Assembly: GCF_009914755.1 (NCBI RefSeq)
Contig: NC_060932.1
Length of the DNA stretch: 64,000 bases
Direction: 5' to 3' (one strand)
Source: the human T2T-CHM13v2.0 reference genome, Homo sapiens
Each line of letters begins with the position of its first letter. Positions within the stretch are counted from its first letter, which is position 1. The translations under genes were made by a program, and so were the position numbers. The notes below the pieces were generated by a model that worked only from the letters and a program-made list of their open reading frames with translations, did not search any database and had not been told where the DNA came from. Of the stretch, positions 1 through 19,103 are shown in pieces.

Positions 1-329
1 CAAGATTTCTCATCTGAAAATGTCCTTGTTGTTGGACCTATCTGGGCAAAGGTGTTATGAAAATTTTTTATTGGGTTTGCCCAGCTAGATCTGTTAATAA
101 TGCTTCCCTGCATGGCAGCAGGGAAGTAAGAGCTGGGCCAGAAGAGAGGTGGGGACATTGTGAGCTGAATCGAGGTATTAGGAATGGAAAATGCCAGGGG
201 TCTATTCATCTGATCCAGTGAACATTTTTCCTAGAAAAAGGAAATGTCATGAAAACACACGGAAAACATGTAAATCAGCTGATTCTAAACAAGGGCATTG
301 GTAAGCCTGGCATGTGGAGGTTATAGGAA

Positions 330-575
330 GGTTGGGCAGTGCCAAGAGAATGAGTTTTGGCATTGACCTGGGTTCAAGTCCTGCCTCTGCTACTTTCCAG
401 ATGTGATATAACCTCCCTGAGGCTATAGATGTGATATAACGTAGGTGATATAACTTCCCTGAGGCTCAGTTTTATCATCTGTAAAATGGAAGTGTGAATG
501 CCAACCTTGGAACATTTCTGAGAAATAAATGAGGTAATATACATACATTCTAGGTACTCAGTAAGTAAAAGCTTT
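330..575 (+). mobile_element. MIR relic with internal micro-duplications
   Basis: gacctgggttcaagtcctgcctctgctact...ctcagttttatcatctgtaaaatgg core. Confidence 0.8.
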
Positions 576-941
576 ACCACAACTGTCATTCTATTAAGTT
601 CTTTGAAACTGTATTTGACATTTATACCTTGTTGGCCAGCCACTCGAATCTGACCCCCTGCAAAGGCTACTAAGAGAACTGCCCAGTGACCTGGTAGCCT
701 CAGTGGCATCCGAAATTACAATCAGGGACCACAGGGACCTAAAGAGCCCTGTTTTCAGAGGTCAGAATCTTTATTGATGTTAACTAAGTGAGGACCCCAG
801 TGATAGGTCTTCCAGGTTCCTGAAAGTCCTTGTTTCCATAGTGATGTAAACAACACTTTTGCAAATGTGAAAAGGAGTGGGAAGTGTTTAGTATGTTAAT
901 TGAAACGTTTTAAAAAAGAAATTCCAAGATGATAAACAACA

Positions 942-983
942 TCTCTCTCTCTCTCTCTCTGTCTATATATATATATATATATA
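942..983. repeat. (CT)n(AT)n microsatellite
   Basis: Directly visible. Confidence 0.9.
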
Positions 984-995
984 AAACTGATGATG

Positions 996-1237
996 CACAC
1001 AATCTTGGCTCATTGCAACCTCCGCCTCCTGGGTTCAAGCACATCTCCCACCACAGCCTCTTGAGTAGCTGGGTTTACAGGGGCACAACACCACGCTCAG
1101 CTAATTTTTGTATTTTTAGTAGAGATGGGGTTTTGCCATGTTGGCCAGGCTGGTCTCAAACTCTTGGCCTCGAGTGATCTGCCATCTCGACCTCCCAAAG
1201 TGCTGGGATTACAGACATGAGCCACTACGCATGGCCA
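996..1237 (-). mobile_element. Alu, lacking 3' end
   Basis: Antisense Alu body ending ...gagccactacgcatggcc. Confidence 0.9.
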
Positions 1238-1678
1238 AGATACCTGATTTCTGGATCACCAGCAGTAACTGCCCAGTTGGGTTTCTGATGGGGCTGGTCT
1301 CAGGAAAAGCCTCCACACACTTGCCTGGAAAAGCACACTGCTTCTCTAGGCTCCAAGTCTCTCTCTCCCTCCCTTCCTCCCTCTGATACACACACACAGA
1401 CCACATCACCCCCACCTTCCCTGGTTGTCAGCATTCACTGTCGTCCTCCTTTGCCTAGAAGCCCATTTTGCTAAAGGCACCAACCCTGCATCCAGCATTG
1501 ATTCCTTCTTCTCATTTTTCAAGAGAATGTGTCAGAGACAAAGAGGAGGATGGGGCACAACCTATCTTTCCCACCCCAAGACTGGAAGTGGGCATGGGTG
1601 TTTTCACTCCGTGAGCTGTGCAAGTGGCTGCTCCCAGATATGCTGGAGGGCTGCTTGGCTTATGAAAATGGTGGAGTG

Positions 1679-2062
<384 letters not shown>

Positions 2063-2819
2063 TCATTTTGATGGGGAACAAAAATGGAAAAGCATGCTCA
2101 TTGGTAGTCCTTGCCCCGAGGGTATGACCTTCTCTTCATTCTTAGAATAATGTAGTGTTTTGTATTTTATGCATGTTTGCTTCTCTTGGCTCTTGGACTA
2201 TTTGTTCAGAATATGGCCCAGGCCACATTTCACTTTTTAATGGCAAATCATTTTGGCTGAAGTTATGGCATCCACTGGCATGATGGATTTTACTGGTTAT
2301 TTGCTTGCAAGTATGTTCCTGAAAGTTTAACAGAGTAGAAACAGCAGAATTGTTTCTTAGGTTAATTTTTTTTGAACTTTCTGGGTTTTAAAAATGTTTA
2401 TCTTTTATGTTTAAATTCAGGTCAGAGTCTCAGTAACAACTTGAGTCAGTTTGAAAAAATAACGCATGTATATATCCACCATCCTGTGAACATCTGTGGG
2501 CTGTTCACTCGGCAGCCTGTGATGTCTGTCCACATGGGCTTATCTCTTACCTCATTCATTTATCTGGAATTTCTACTCTGTGCCAGATGCCGGTTGGGGG
2601 TGTGGGGGTAGTGTTTAAGATGAATAGACACCATCAGGAGGTGCACAGAGTAGTGGAAGAGACAGGCATGTGAAAAGATCATTAATTTGGTAGAATCGGT
2701 GTGCAAAAGTAGAGGCATAGCTACATTATAGCTCAACTCTGCCTGCTGAGCAGGCTTAGTGTAAGGCAGTGGTTCTCAAGCTTTGGTCTCAGGATCCTTC
2801 CTTTTACGCTAAAAATTAT

Positions 2820-3131
2820 TTTTATTTTATTATTTTATTTTATTTTATTTTGAGATAGGGTCTCACTGTCTCCCAGGCTGGAGTGCAGTGGCATGATCAT
2901 GGCTCGCTGCAGCCTTGACCTCTTGTGCTTAAGCAATCCTCCAACCTCAGCATCTCAAGTAGCTGAGACTACAGGCACATGACACTACGCCTGGCTAATT
3001 TTTGTATTTTTTGTAGAGACAGGGTTTCGCCATGTTGTCCAGGCTGATCTTGAACTCCTGGGCTCAAGCGATCCTCCCCCCTCAGTCTCCCAAAGTGCTG
3101 GGATTCTAGGCGTGAGCCACTGTGCCCAGCC
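2820..3131 (-). mobile_element. AluJ
   Basis: J-type diagnostics; TSD aaaaattatt. Confidence 0.9.
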
Positions 3132-3279
3132 AAAAATTATTAAGGATCCCAAATAACTTTTGTTTGTTTTTTAAGAATCCTGAGGACAATCAAGGGAGCT
3201 TTGTTTATGTGGGTTAGATCTATTGGTATCTACCTGATCAGAAATTTAAAAATAACAATAATAAAATCAGAATGTGTTA

Positions 3280-3933
<654 letters not shown>

Positions 3934-4862
3934 GAAGAGTAGCACCGTTTTACAGTTTTGCAAATCTTGTAACGGTCTGGCTTCGTAGAAGACAGCTAGA
4001 TTGTCATTTCTTGACCATTCAATCTGTCATGAAATGTTTTCGTTAGATTATATGAAAATGCATGGATATGTAGTTGGAAAAGGGAAGAGCATTTAAATAG
4101 CCTTTTCATATAATTGTGAATGTTCTTTGATACTACACCAAAACTTGACAAAGAGTAGTTTCTTAAAGTTTAGTTGCAATGTGAAATCTAAAATCAGATC
4201 AATAAACTTTTTGTTCTCTATATACCCACAAGAGAATGAGAGTATGAAAGGCAAACATTCATGTTATTATGGAAATAGTTCTGACCTCATGGATCCTCTG
4301 AAAAGGCCTCAGGGACCCCTAGAATTCCCCAAACTACACTTGAGAATGGCTGGTTTAAGAGAATTGTTCCCAGTGAAGGTCCTGCCCACGGAGAGCCCTG
4401 TGGGACAGCAGGTGGCAGAGGCATGAGGATGGAGTGTGGCAGTGGGGCTCCGATGTGGCGCTGGGTCTGCCAGACAGGTGGTCTGAGCTGGAGATAAGGC
4501 AGCAATAATTTAGGACCTCGAGGGCTCCAAGGAAGGAGTTTTGAGCTTCATTTTGCAGGGGTAGGAGCTGTGGAGGGCTTTAAGCAGTCAACAGTGGGTG
4601 TCGCTTTGTCTTTGCACCCACTGTACTCTCCGGACAGACTTGACCTTCCTGGGTTGTGGCAAAGAGCAGGGATCTAAATAGCAGGCTGCAACAGGAGAAG
4701 GAACGAGCACCTGCTCTAGCCCAAAGACCCCTCCAGGCCACAACGCTGGCAGGTAGAGTCGGAGAATCTGACTGTGCTGTACCCAGAACCCTTTGGACTT
4801 GGATTCTTCCCCTTGACCAGCCTTATCAGTGGCACCCATCCCCTTCCACACTCCTCGCTAGG

Positions 4863-4882
4863 CCCTCCTCAAGGGGGCGCTA
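4863..4882 (+). promoter_or_regulatory. Candidate CTCF site
   Basis: cctcaagggggcgcta fits the CCnnnAGRKGGCRS core and retains its CpG; motif match only. Confidence 0.4.
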
Positions 4883-5027
4883 ACTGGAAGGCATGCTGCC
4901 CCACTGCTAATGGCCGCCTGCTTCGTTTGTGCACACTTTTTCTCTTTGTTACCCCACTTTCCTATGAGGAGGTGGACCTGTCTCCAGAACAACCAGTGGG
5001 GTATATCAGCCTTTTTGGAAACCTTAA

Positions 5028-5324
<297 letters not shown>

Positions 5325-5797
5325 CCCCAGTGTATTCTTGATTCCCTCCACTCCACAAACTACTCTACAGTCAGCCAGCTTGTGGTCTCTGGTGGTGGTC
5401 TGTCTTATGAGGTCTTGTTGACATATGCATTCTTTTCTAAATTTACCAAACTGGCTCATTTTATTTCTGCTAACTAAACTTGAAAGCCTTTTCTTTTCCT
5501 ATTATAGACTCTCCTTTGGATCAATACTACACACTCAGAAGTTATGTTTGTGTTTTAAGAGAGCATTTTGTGGCAATATGGCATCAATTCTAGAAGTGGG
5601 AGACAAAGATTTAAAAGGAAGTTGGCCCTGCAGTCTGGTCAGGGGATGGTAGGGCCTGAGCTCCCTCCCACCCCACACCCCACCACACACACTGCTGGAA
5701 GAATTCCAGAGGTGTTCCAGGGTAGACACCACAGCATTTAGTAAAATTTACTCATAACAGTTAATTTACTACTTAAAAACTAATGAAGAAAATCTAA

Positions 5798-6102
<305 letters not shown>

Positions 6103-6345
6103 AGAATTCACCTTACACAGCCCCAAATTCTGCTCTTGGGGAATCACAGTGTATTAAGAGACACTTATTTTCATTTTTGCATGTATCTCTAAACCTGACA
6201 TCAAAATATTCATAAAATTGCAATACGTTTCATATAATGAGCTGAAACCTCCTAAGTGAGCAATGTGAAGTTGTTGGCTGCCTGGAGAATTAAATGTAAG
6301 CATGGCCTGCTCTGTGTTGCTAATGGAAATTTTTACCTAGGTTGA

Positions 6346-6654
<309 letters not shown>

Positions 6655-7938
6655 CCAACCTACATTTTTAAGGCTTAGCTGCCACTCAATGGATTTCTAC
6701 ATCCCAAAACAATACCTTTAATTGACTTTTATTGGCCTCCTCTGTGAAGGACGGAAAGCAGATGCCAGAAGCCATGAGAGGCTCTGGCTCTCCGACCAAC
6801 CCGTGGAAGCCACTAGTCTTAAATTTCCTGAAGCCATTTTGCCATGATTAAAACTTTTGTCTCCTTCCCTGAGCTTTCCAGAGCTTTGTCCATTCTCTTC
6901 CTTCTACCTGGAATATCCTTCCCCAGACAAGACCCATTCTCATCCAGGGCCAGGTCAAATGCCACCTCCTCCCTCTCCAGGCAAGACCTCCATTGAGGGA
7001 CCACACACATTGCAGGCCCTCTGCCAAAGTGCCAACCCTCTCTGCCTTACATTCCAAGGGGTAATAGTGATACTTACCTCAGAGGGATTCACATTTTAGC
7101 TATTTTTGCACTTGTCTCATTTTACTACTAGACTGTCTCTTCAAGATAGGGACTGAATATTTTTCATTTCTCATAGCACCTATGAAAGGCAACTCTCATT
7201 TACTGAGCCCCTGCTGTGGGTTGGGACGTGTTATCTCACCTAATCCATAGCAGGAGCAAACACTGTAAGGTAATTCTTGTTATATTCTATTTTCAGACAA
7301 GGAAGCTGAGGCTCAGATAGGTTAAGCAGTTTTGGCAAATTTGTCAAGACTTCTGCAAACCTAGACAGAAAAGGTGCTCAACCCCCAGCCCCTTTATGGA
7401 AAGGATGCATGGCTTAGGGGCAGATATGCGTTGGAGCAAAGAGAAAGACACACGTACTCTTGAATGTACTATTTTAGCCCCTGCTTGCTCCTTGACCCAG
7501 AGTTTTTGTGTAGACCATAGAATGCCCTGCCCATCTGTATTTGGAGGTGCTGCTGCAGCCGGTCACACCTGGGTTCTACTGACCTCCAGCCCTGGCTGTG
7601 GTCCTGCCCAGGGCTCAGTGTGTATTGAACAAGTAAGTGAATGAGACATGCAGAAGGCTGATTTCATTCTTATTTGAATGATTTCAATCTTGATTAACCT
7701 TCTTAGCAAGAGGTTATTTTCTTCTCCTGGACCTCAGTTCATTCATCTCTAAAAGAAGGAAGTTGAAGTCAATGATCTCTCAGGTCTCATCTCAGATGTG
7801 GTGATGTCACCAATTCCCCTGACATCCCTTCTATGTGGGAACCCTGATGAAATCCGCAGCTTTCCCTCACTGTGTCCAGGTAGGAAAGCCAAGGAGGAAC
7901 CATATTCTGGAAGCCAAGGAAGGAGAAGTTTTGAGACA

Positions 7939-8547
7939 CAGGGTGGTCAGTAGGATCAGGCAGGACAACAGGGATGGGGCAGTGGGATCAGGTAACACAG
8001 CAGGGCTGGGCAGTGGGTTCAGGCAGAACAGTGGGCTGGGCAGGGGATCAGGCAACACAGCAAGGTTAGGCAGTGGGATCAGATAATGCAGGGCTAGGCA
8101 ATGGGATCAGGCAACACAACAGGGCTAGGCAGTGGGATCAGGTAACACAGCAGGGCTGGGCAGTGGGATCAGGCAACATAACAGGGCTGGGCAGAGGGAT
8201 CAGGTAACACAGCAAGGCTGGGCAGTGGGATCAGGCAACACAGTAGGGCTGGGCAGTGGGATCAGGCAACATAGTAGGGCTGGACAGTGGGATCAGGCAA
8301 CACAACAGGGCTGGGCAGTGGGATCAGGTAACACAGCAAGGCTGGGCAGTGGGATCAGGCAACACAGTAGGGCTGGGCAGTGGGATCTGGCAACACGACA
8401 GGGCTGGGCAGTGGGATCAGGCAACACAGTAGGGCTGGGCATTGGGATATGGCAACATGACAGGGCTGGGCAGTGGGATCAGGCAACACAACAGGGCTAG
8501 GCAGTGGGATCAGGCAATATGGCCGGGCTGGGCAGTGGGATTAGGCA
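7939..8547. repeat. Minisatellite, 31-bp unit, ~19-20 copies
   Basis: Consensus gggctgggcagtgggatcaggcaacacagca with variant units; degenerate at both ends. Confidence 0.95.
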
Positions 8548-8552
8548 GTGAA

Positions 8553-8710
8553 GCAGGGGTTGTTAAACTTCATTGTGCATCAAAAGCTCCTGGAAGGCTT
8601 GTTAGAACACAGATTACTGGGCCCTGTGCTCAAAGTGTCTGATTCAGTAGGTCTGGGTTGGAGCCTGATAAGTGGTATTCCTGGAAACCTCAGTTTGAGA
8701 ACTATTACTG
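8553..8710. mobile_element. MER5-like hAT MITE
   Basis: caggggttgttaaactt...tctgattcagtaggtctggg...tttgagaactattactg. Confidence 0.7.
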
Positions 8711-9795
8711 TAGAGAAACCTACAAGGTTGGGTGGGAATGGGCAGGAGGAAAAGATACTAGAAGAAGATGCTGTGGGGCATGAGCCGGAAAGACAATACA
8801 AGATGAGTAACATCTGCAGAGAATTGCAGCTGCAGAGTATAAACTAACTGTAATCTAGGTCCAGCCCTTCTGAAGCTTTACAAATAAGCTGCTAGCATTG
8901 TCCAGCCTTATAGGGAATTGGCAAAAGGTGAGTTTCAGGCCTACATGGGAGCCAGCCTCTTACAGCACAGCAGTTAGCAATACACATCTAAAGAACTAAG
9001 TAGCTGGCATGTGTCTTTATCATCAGAATAGATTATACAAATGAAGGTCGATGCATTGAGCTTATCAAATTGTTTTAAATATAGCAACGTTTGTTTTAAA
9101 ATTTTTTTTTAAACCTTTGAAGTAAAACTGCCTCTTTTTCAGTGCTCAGCTGCAGTGCATCACGGGCAGTACAATGACAGCTGGAAACATGGACCCCATG
9201 GAGGCGCTGTCATGGCCGCCCTCAGCACAGACCTGCTGTTCCCTATCAAATTCATCCTCTGTGCCTATGCTCTGTTTAATATAGATTTTTATAAACTGTA
9301 TGAAGTAAAATTCTTCATTCCTATCTTGTGATTAACGCTGGAAGAATCCAAAAAGCACAGCGTCTGACCTCCAATAAGCCATAAAGTTAAAAGCTTTTCT
9401 AGGCAATGAATATATAACCTGATTTTTTTCTCCTACAGATCCTCTCTCTCCCCTTCTTTCTCCCTTTCTCCTTTGTGTGAAACTCTTTCTTTATCCCTTT
9501 CCTTTTCTATAAACTTCCTTGATCTTTCCCTCTCCAGTACCCCCCTTCCTCATTCCCTTCTTCAGTTCCAGGATGTTCTCTCCTCAGCTTGCCCATATAT
9601 TTTGCACCTGCAACTCATGTGTGTGTCAGGGAGTAGAGGTGAGGGATTATCCCTTCCGTGAGTGACAGTCACCTTTCTTTTCTTTGCTGGCTGGTGCTTT
9701 TAGGAGACAAGGTGTACAACCTTACCCCTAAGGAGCCAGTCCTGTCCTTCGTCTCTCTATCTAATGCTAATAATGATAACAATAGTAGTGATGAC

Positions 9796-10095
<300 letters not shown>

Positions 10096-10267
10096 AATAG
10101 TAGTGATGACAAGCCACCATGTGCCAGGCACTGTGGTAGGCAGCTCACACTTCACTCTGCATGTACTATTATCCCTTAAATGTCTCATACAAGGTCATTC
10201 AACTACTGAGCAGCCAGAGGTAGAATTCAAGAAGCGAACTTGCTGTTTTCTCTACTTAAACTCTTTT

Positions 10268-10536
10268 ATCACCCAGGCTGCAGTGCAGTGGTGCGATCAT
10301 GGCTCACTGCAGCCTCGACCTCCAGGCCCAGGTGATCCTCCTATCTCAACCTCCCAAGTAGCTGGGATTACAAGCACGCACCACCATATCCAGCAATTTT
10401 TTTTTTTCATATTTTTTTGTAAAGACAGGGTTTCACCATGTTGGCCAGGCTGTTCTCGAACTCCTGAGCTCAAGCGATCCTCCTGCTGTGGCCTCCCAAA
10501 GTGTTAGGATTACAGGCATAAACCACCACACCCCGC
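10268..10536 (-). mobile_element. AluJ, tail lost
   Basis: Antisense Alu body. Confidence 0.88.
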
Positions 10537-10865
10537 CTTCTTGAACTCTTTTCTATAACCCCACCCACCCTGTTTTATCCAGTTGAATTGGACTCATCTT
10601 TCAGGTCTCAGTGGAAGCGCTTCTAATCTTCTAGGTTGGGATTTAATACCCCAACTATTGCATTCCCATGGAGTGCTGTATGTCCCCAAAACTGCACTTA
10701 GCCTGTACAGCAATTGCCTGCTTAATTGTCTGTGTAGTTCGTCACTGTACCAGCATAGCTGAGCAAGGTGCCTGGTACACAGCAGGTATTCCATAAATGC
10801 CTATAGGAAAAGTAAATTAACGGACTCTTCCTCAATAAATATATATATGTTCTAGAAATTTGAGT

Positions 10866-11264
10866 TGTATATTAGTTTCCTAGGGCTGCTATAACAATAT
10901 ACCACAAAGTGGGTGGTTAAACAACAGAAATGTATTGTCTCACAGTTCTGGAGCTAGAAGTCTGAGCTCAAGGTGTCGGCTGTGTTGGTTTCTTCTGAGC
11001 CCTCTCTCCTTGGCTCATAGGTGGCTGTCTTCTCCCTGTGTCTCCACGTGGTCTTTTCCCTCTGTACCTGTGAGTGTCCAGACTTCCTCTTCTTATAAGG
11101 ACACCAGTCACATTGAATTAGGCTCGCCCTAATAACCTCATTTTAACTTAATCACATCTTTGAAGACCCTAACTCCAAATCCGGTTACCTCCTGAAGGCC
11201 TGGGGGTGAGGACTTCAACATATGAATCGCGGGCAGGGAGAGGGACAGAAGTCAGCCCATGACA
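10866..11264 (-). mobile_element. MaLR solo LTR (MLT1-type)
   Basis: tgtatattagtttcctagggctgctataac...cacagttctggag...cagcccatgaca. Confidence 0.85.
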
Positions 11265-12135
11265 AGCTGCTTTGCTTTTCACTTTCCCAGTTTGTGGAGG
11301 ACAGTGTGTCATCTTTCAACATGTTTCTAAATAGCCTCTTTTTCCTTTCTGATTCACTTTATGTTCCCACTTCAGGGTGATATGAGAAACGCTGGGGAAG
11401 CATGTTCAAAGACTTGAGCAGTGGGTCACTTATTACTTTACCATGGCATATTTCAGAGTCATTAAAGCAGCTCCAGCAAGCGCAGTGGGCTGTGCAGCCG
11501 GAATCCCAGGGCTGAAGATGGGACAGGAGTGCAATCTAACCAGGATGTGAAACCAAGTCCAAGTAAGGTTTTTCAAAAGCCAAGAATTAGAACGACTAAC
11601 TCAGTCCTGTTTCAGTATATCCAGGGGAGGCTGATTTATAGGGAAAGATGAAAGGAGGACAATGTGTATATTTTGGCTGCTCAGAAGACCATGGGGCTAG
11701 ACATGGGGGAGGAGGAAGTTATTATAAGCCTACAGCCAGCCAATGAGTAAGAACATCAAAGAGGAAGGCTGGTTGGCCAGATGGACCAAGAGCTGGGGCA
11801 CAGGCAGGATCTTTGGGAGAAACAAGATGAATGGATGCTTCGGACAACCTAAGTTCAGAGCCCGGAGGGGCCTTTAGAAAGGCATGATGGATTATGTGTA
11901 CTGTGGGTCATTGCGCCATGAGAAGTCCCATGGGGGATGAGCCCCAGAGGCCCTTAAAGTCAGGGTGGACCATTAAGTAAACTGCGGAGGAATTTCTTCC
12001 AGGAGGGCTCAGACTTGGCAAAGGCTGGGAAGGGCTGCTTTCCATCTCCGGCTCTTAATCCCCCAGCCCTGACACTGGGGCTCGCTTGTTCCAGCCTACT
12101 TGATCCATTTATTGAATAAAGATATACTGAGAACC

Positions 12136-12553
<418 letters not shown>

Positions 12554-12735
12554 TCATCTGTTTGCACCCAGATGTGGCCTGTCCCATGTGATTGTCCCAC
12601 CACTGACCGAAGCAGGCCTCTCCATTCTCCTCTTCCAGTTAAAGCTGAATTTGTCTCCAAAGTGAAGAAGAATAGGAAAACCATCAATTTTATGGAGCTT
12701 TTTAACTATGCCAAAATGGTTTCATTCTGATACAC

Positions 12736-13034
12736 TTTTTTTTTTTCTTTTTGAGATGGAGTCTTGCTCTGTTGCCTGGGCTGGAGTGCAGTGGTGTGTT
12801 CTGGGTTCACTGTAACCTCCGCCTTTTGGGTTCCAGCGATTCTGCTGCCTCAGCCTGCTGAATAGCTGGGATTACAGGCACGCACCACCACACCAGGCTA
12901 CTTTTTGTATGTTTAGTAGAGATGGGGTTTCGCCATGTTGGCCAGGCTGGTCTTGAACTCCTGACCTCAGGTGATCCACCCACCTTGACCTCCCAAAGTG
13001 CTGTGATTACAGGCGTGAGCCACTGCACCCGGCC
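12736..13034 (-). mobile_element. AluS
   Basis: Full antisense dimer; TSD ctgata(c/t)ac. Confidence 0.92.
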
Positions 13035-13510
13035 CTGATATACTATTTTGTTTCATAATTTGCTTGGGTAATCATTGATTCATCCATTCAACAAATACGT
13101 ATGAAGAAGCTACAGTGTACAAGGCTTTGCTTTGGGTGCCAAGGATACTGCAGGGTCAGGCCAGGGTCACATCTGGCTCACCACCAGTCAGGCTTTAGGG
13201 TTTGGTACAAATTCCACGGCCTCAGGCACCATGGGTGCATAGGATCAGCAAAATAAGTCCTTAAAGAGATGGAAAACTCACTCATAAAACCATCTGGGCT
13301 TGATGCCTTTTGTAGAGGGGATATATTTGACAACAAATTAAATATCTTCAAAATCCATTTGTGCATTCAGGTTTTTCATTTCTTCTTAAGTCTATTTTGG
13401 TCATTGATATCTTTCTGAAAAGTTTTCTCATTTGTCTACATTTTCAAATCTGTTGTTATAAATTATAGCTCATAATACTGAGTTACGTTTTAATAGGGAA
13501 CATGTATTTT

Positions 13511-13693
<183 letters not shown>

Positions 13694-13695
13694 TA

Positions 13696-14179
<484 letters not shown>

Positions 14180-15369
14180 TCACAGTTTTTCAAAGCACCC
14201 ATCCCTTGCCTTACCTCTCCTGTCTCCCTTGTCTGCCTGATGCCTCCAACTTCTCAGAAGTGCCAGGGCCAGGGCACTGCTGGGCCCATGGTGTGGGTCT
14301 ACATTGCAGTAAAAGGCTCGTTACCCACTCCCCTCAACACAGGAGTCTCCTGTTTTTAGGCAGCTTAAGAAAGCAGTCTTGTCTGTGGAGGAATGCCCAG
14401 CCTTCTTGGTGCAGATGCTGGGTTTGGGGACCCAGCTGTTTGCAGGAGTTGTCTAGGAACGTCAGTACCCAGGGACTGTGAGACTCCTGGGATGTTATAG
14501 TCCCCATGCTAGCAGAGGGAAGACACTGGGCCCATGAGAAGTTGAGTTTAGGTAGCCAGTCCTGCTGGGAGAAAGGAAAGCCTCAGATGCCAGCAAGCTT
14601 GCTGTCCAGCCATTTTCTGACAACCCTGCTTATTGCACCATGTACAGTAATCAACACAGACTTGCATCTGCTCTGAGGGGTGCAGGTGGTGCTCCATGGA
14701 ACACACACATGCACGCCTTCACCCACCCTTTCCTGTACCTTTGGAATTCGTGGCATAGGAACACTATATCTATTGCACTTGGGTGTGGTTATAATGCCAG
14801 GGTAAAGATAAGTTTCTCTGTGGAGTACCTGAATGACAAGATCATATTTTGTGTCAGTTCCACATGGAAGGGCTCTTCCTCACAGACATTGGAAGGGTAA
14901 CAGTAGAATCTAAGCTCTAGGAAGGCAGGGTTTTTTTGTTTTTTGTTTTGTTTTTGTCTGCACATGATAGACACTTAGCAAATATTTGCTGGATGGGTGG
15001 ACAAATGGAAACTGGAATGAAATGGAGATGCCTAGGTGAGTGTGGGAAGGACTCTGCCTCTCCTGGTCTTTGCCCTGTAGATGCCAAATATCCTAGGCGG
15101 GAACTGGGAAGTTGGCAGATGCTGCTGTGTAGAGAGTCAGTGGAGCAAAGACTGGAAAAACATCCAGCCTGTGTCAGCTAGCAAAAGAGGGGTTTTGGGT
15201 CTATTTTGGGGTCAGAATATTAGAGGAGGTAACCTGTACCCTCAGGCTTCAGAGTGTGGTTGACTAGGAGGCTCCAAAGAGTAAGTGAAACCCAAGGGGA
15301 CGGAGATAGGACCACTTGATCCATCCTTGTAGGTTCAGAGCTATGTCTTATCAAATGTTTTCCCTTCAT

Positions 15370-15870
15370 GTAGTAGCATGATAATGAACTCTTCCTACTT
15401 TGGTTTGATAATGCAATGGATTATATGGATAGATTTTCTAGTGTTGAACCAATCCTTGCATTATTGAGGTAAACTTTACTTGATCATAATGTACTTTTTA
15501 ATACCTTACTAGAATTATTTTGCTAATCTGTTTTTGTATTTAGATTCATAAATTAAACTGGCAGATATTCCCTCTAATTTTCATTTTTTGCACTCTCTGG
15601 TTTTGGTATCAAAGTTAAGTTAGCTTCATGAAAATAAGTTGTTTTTGTAAAGTAGGTATTAGCTATTCCTTAAAGAGCTGGCAAATTTGTTCATAAAACC
15701 ATCTGGGTTGAATCCCTTCTGTAGGGGAAATATGTTTGAAACTAATTTAATTTCTTTAAAAGCCATTAGTCTATTTGACTTTTCTATTTCTTTTGAGTCT
15801 ATTTTAGTAATTGATATTTTCCTTGAATGTTAGCCATTTGTCTACATTTTCAAATCTGTTGGCATAAATG
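15370..15870 (-). mobile_element. Old L1 (L1M) ORF2 fragment
   Basis: T-rich; gttgaaccaatccttgcatt, ctggttttggtatcaaagtt, aaaaccatctggg motifs. Confidence 0.7.
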
Positions 15871-16286
15871 ACAGTTCATAATACTGAGCTGTGTTTTAAT
15901 AGGGGACATGTGATTCTTTAACCAAAGGTGCCCAGTGCTTTGTTTCTGTAGGTCACAAAGTTCTTAGGAAAAATTCTAAAGAAACATTGAGACCTGGGGG
16001 ATGGGTGTGTGTGCTGCAGGGAGGGGAGTCTGGATTGACTCTTGAGTTTCTCTGATAATATCTCGCATATGTGAAAAAGCCGTACAGTTTTTCAACACAC
16101 GTATTGCTTGCCTTATCTCTTTTGTCTTCTCAAAGTCCTTGAAATGTAGATTTTATAATCAGTCTCAATTTGTAGATAAGGAAAGGCCAATCAGACATAC
16201 CAGTTTATCTATAATATAGATGAGATCAGAAGCCACTCCTAGATCACACCATTTTAATTAGAAGAGAGTTTAGAGATCATCTCATT

Positions 16287-17825
<1,539 letters not shown>

Positions 17826-18475
17826 AGGATGAGGGAACTCAAGAGCTCAGAGATATTGTCACATGTCCAAGGTGAGGTGATGGACTAGCAGCAGCCCAGG
17901 CATTAGAACTAAGTTTCCTGGGTCTCAAAGGAGCCCTTTTCCCTCCTACCAGATGGTCTGTTCTCATGTACATGATCCACCCCAGCCAGTGGTCAGAACT
18001 GAGTCAGAGCTGGAGCTAAGCCATTGACCAACCAGCTACTGAAGCTGAGGCCAGCACCAGACACAGACTAGATAGACATAATTAATCCCTGTTTGCAAAT
18101 CACTGCAATGTAGAACTACCATGCACCACCACAGCTGCTAAATCCTTATCCAGCCTACAAACATCCACTGAATGCCTGTGTGCAGATCAAACTCCATATT
18201 CAGTTGGAGTGTTTGGGGGACACTTACGGGGACATCAACGGACAATTTGGTTTATAGGTATAAAGTTCAGGAGGGAGAAATAACCCTGTGTATGTTTCAT
18301 TTAATTACAGAATAGGTGTCTTGATCTCTCGTTTCTTTGTGGGGACCCTCTATTTCCGCAGAGGCAGGTTCAGATGGCCTCTTGAGTCTCATCGCCCATT
18401 TTCTTACTGAGCTCTGTCAGCCTTGGCTCCTGAACCTTTCCACACTTGTCAGCTCAGTTTTTAAAATAACCATAG

Positions 18476-19103
<628 letters not shown>

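Noticed and set aside
8132-8500. Repetitive 122-aa ORF, or a CRISPR-like array
   Set aside because: Product of the 31-bp minisatellite; there are no unique spacers and the DNA is eukaryotic.
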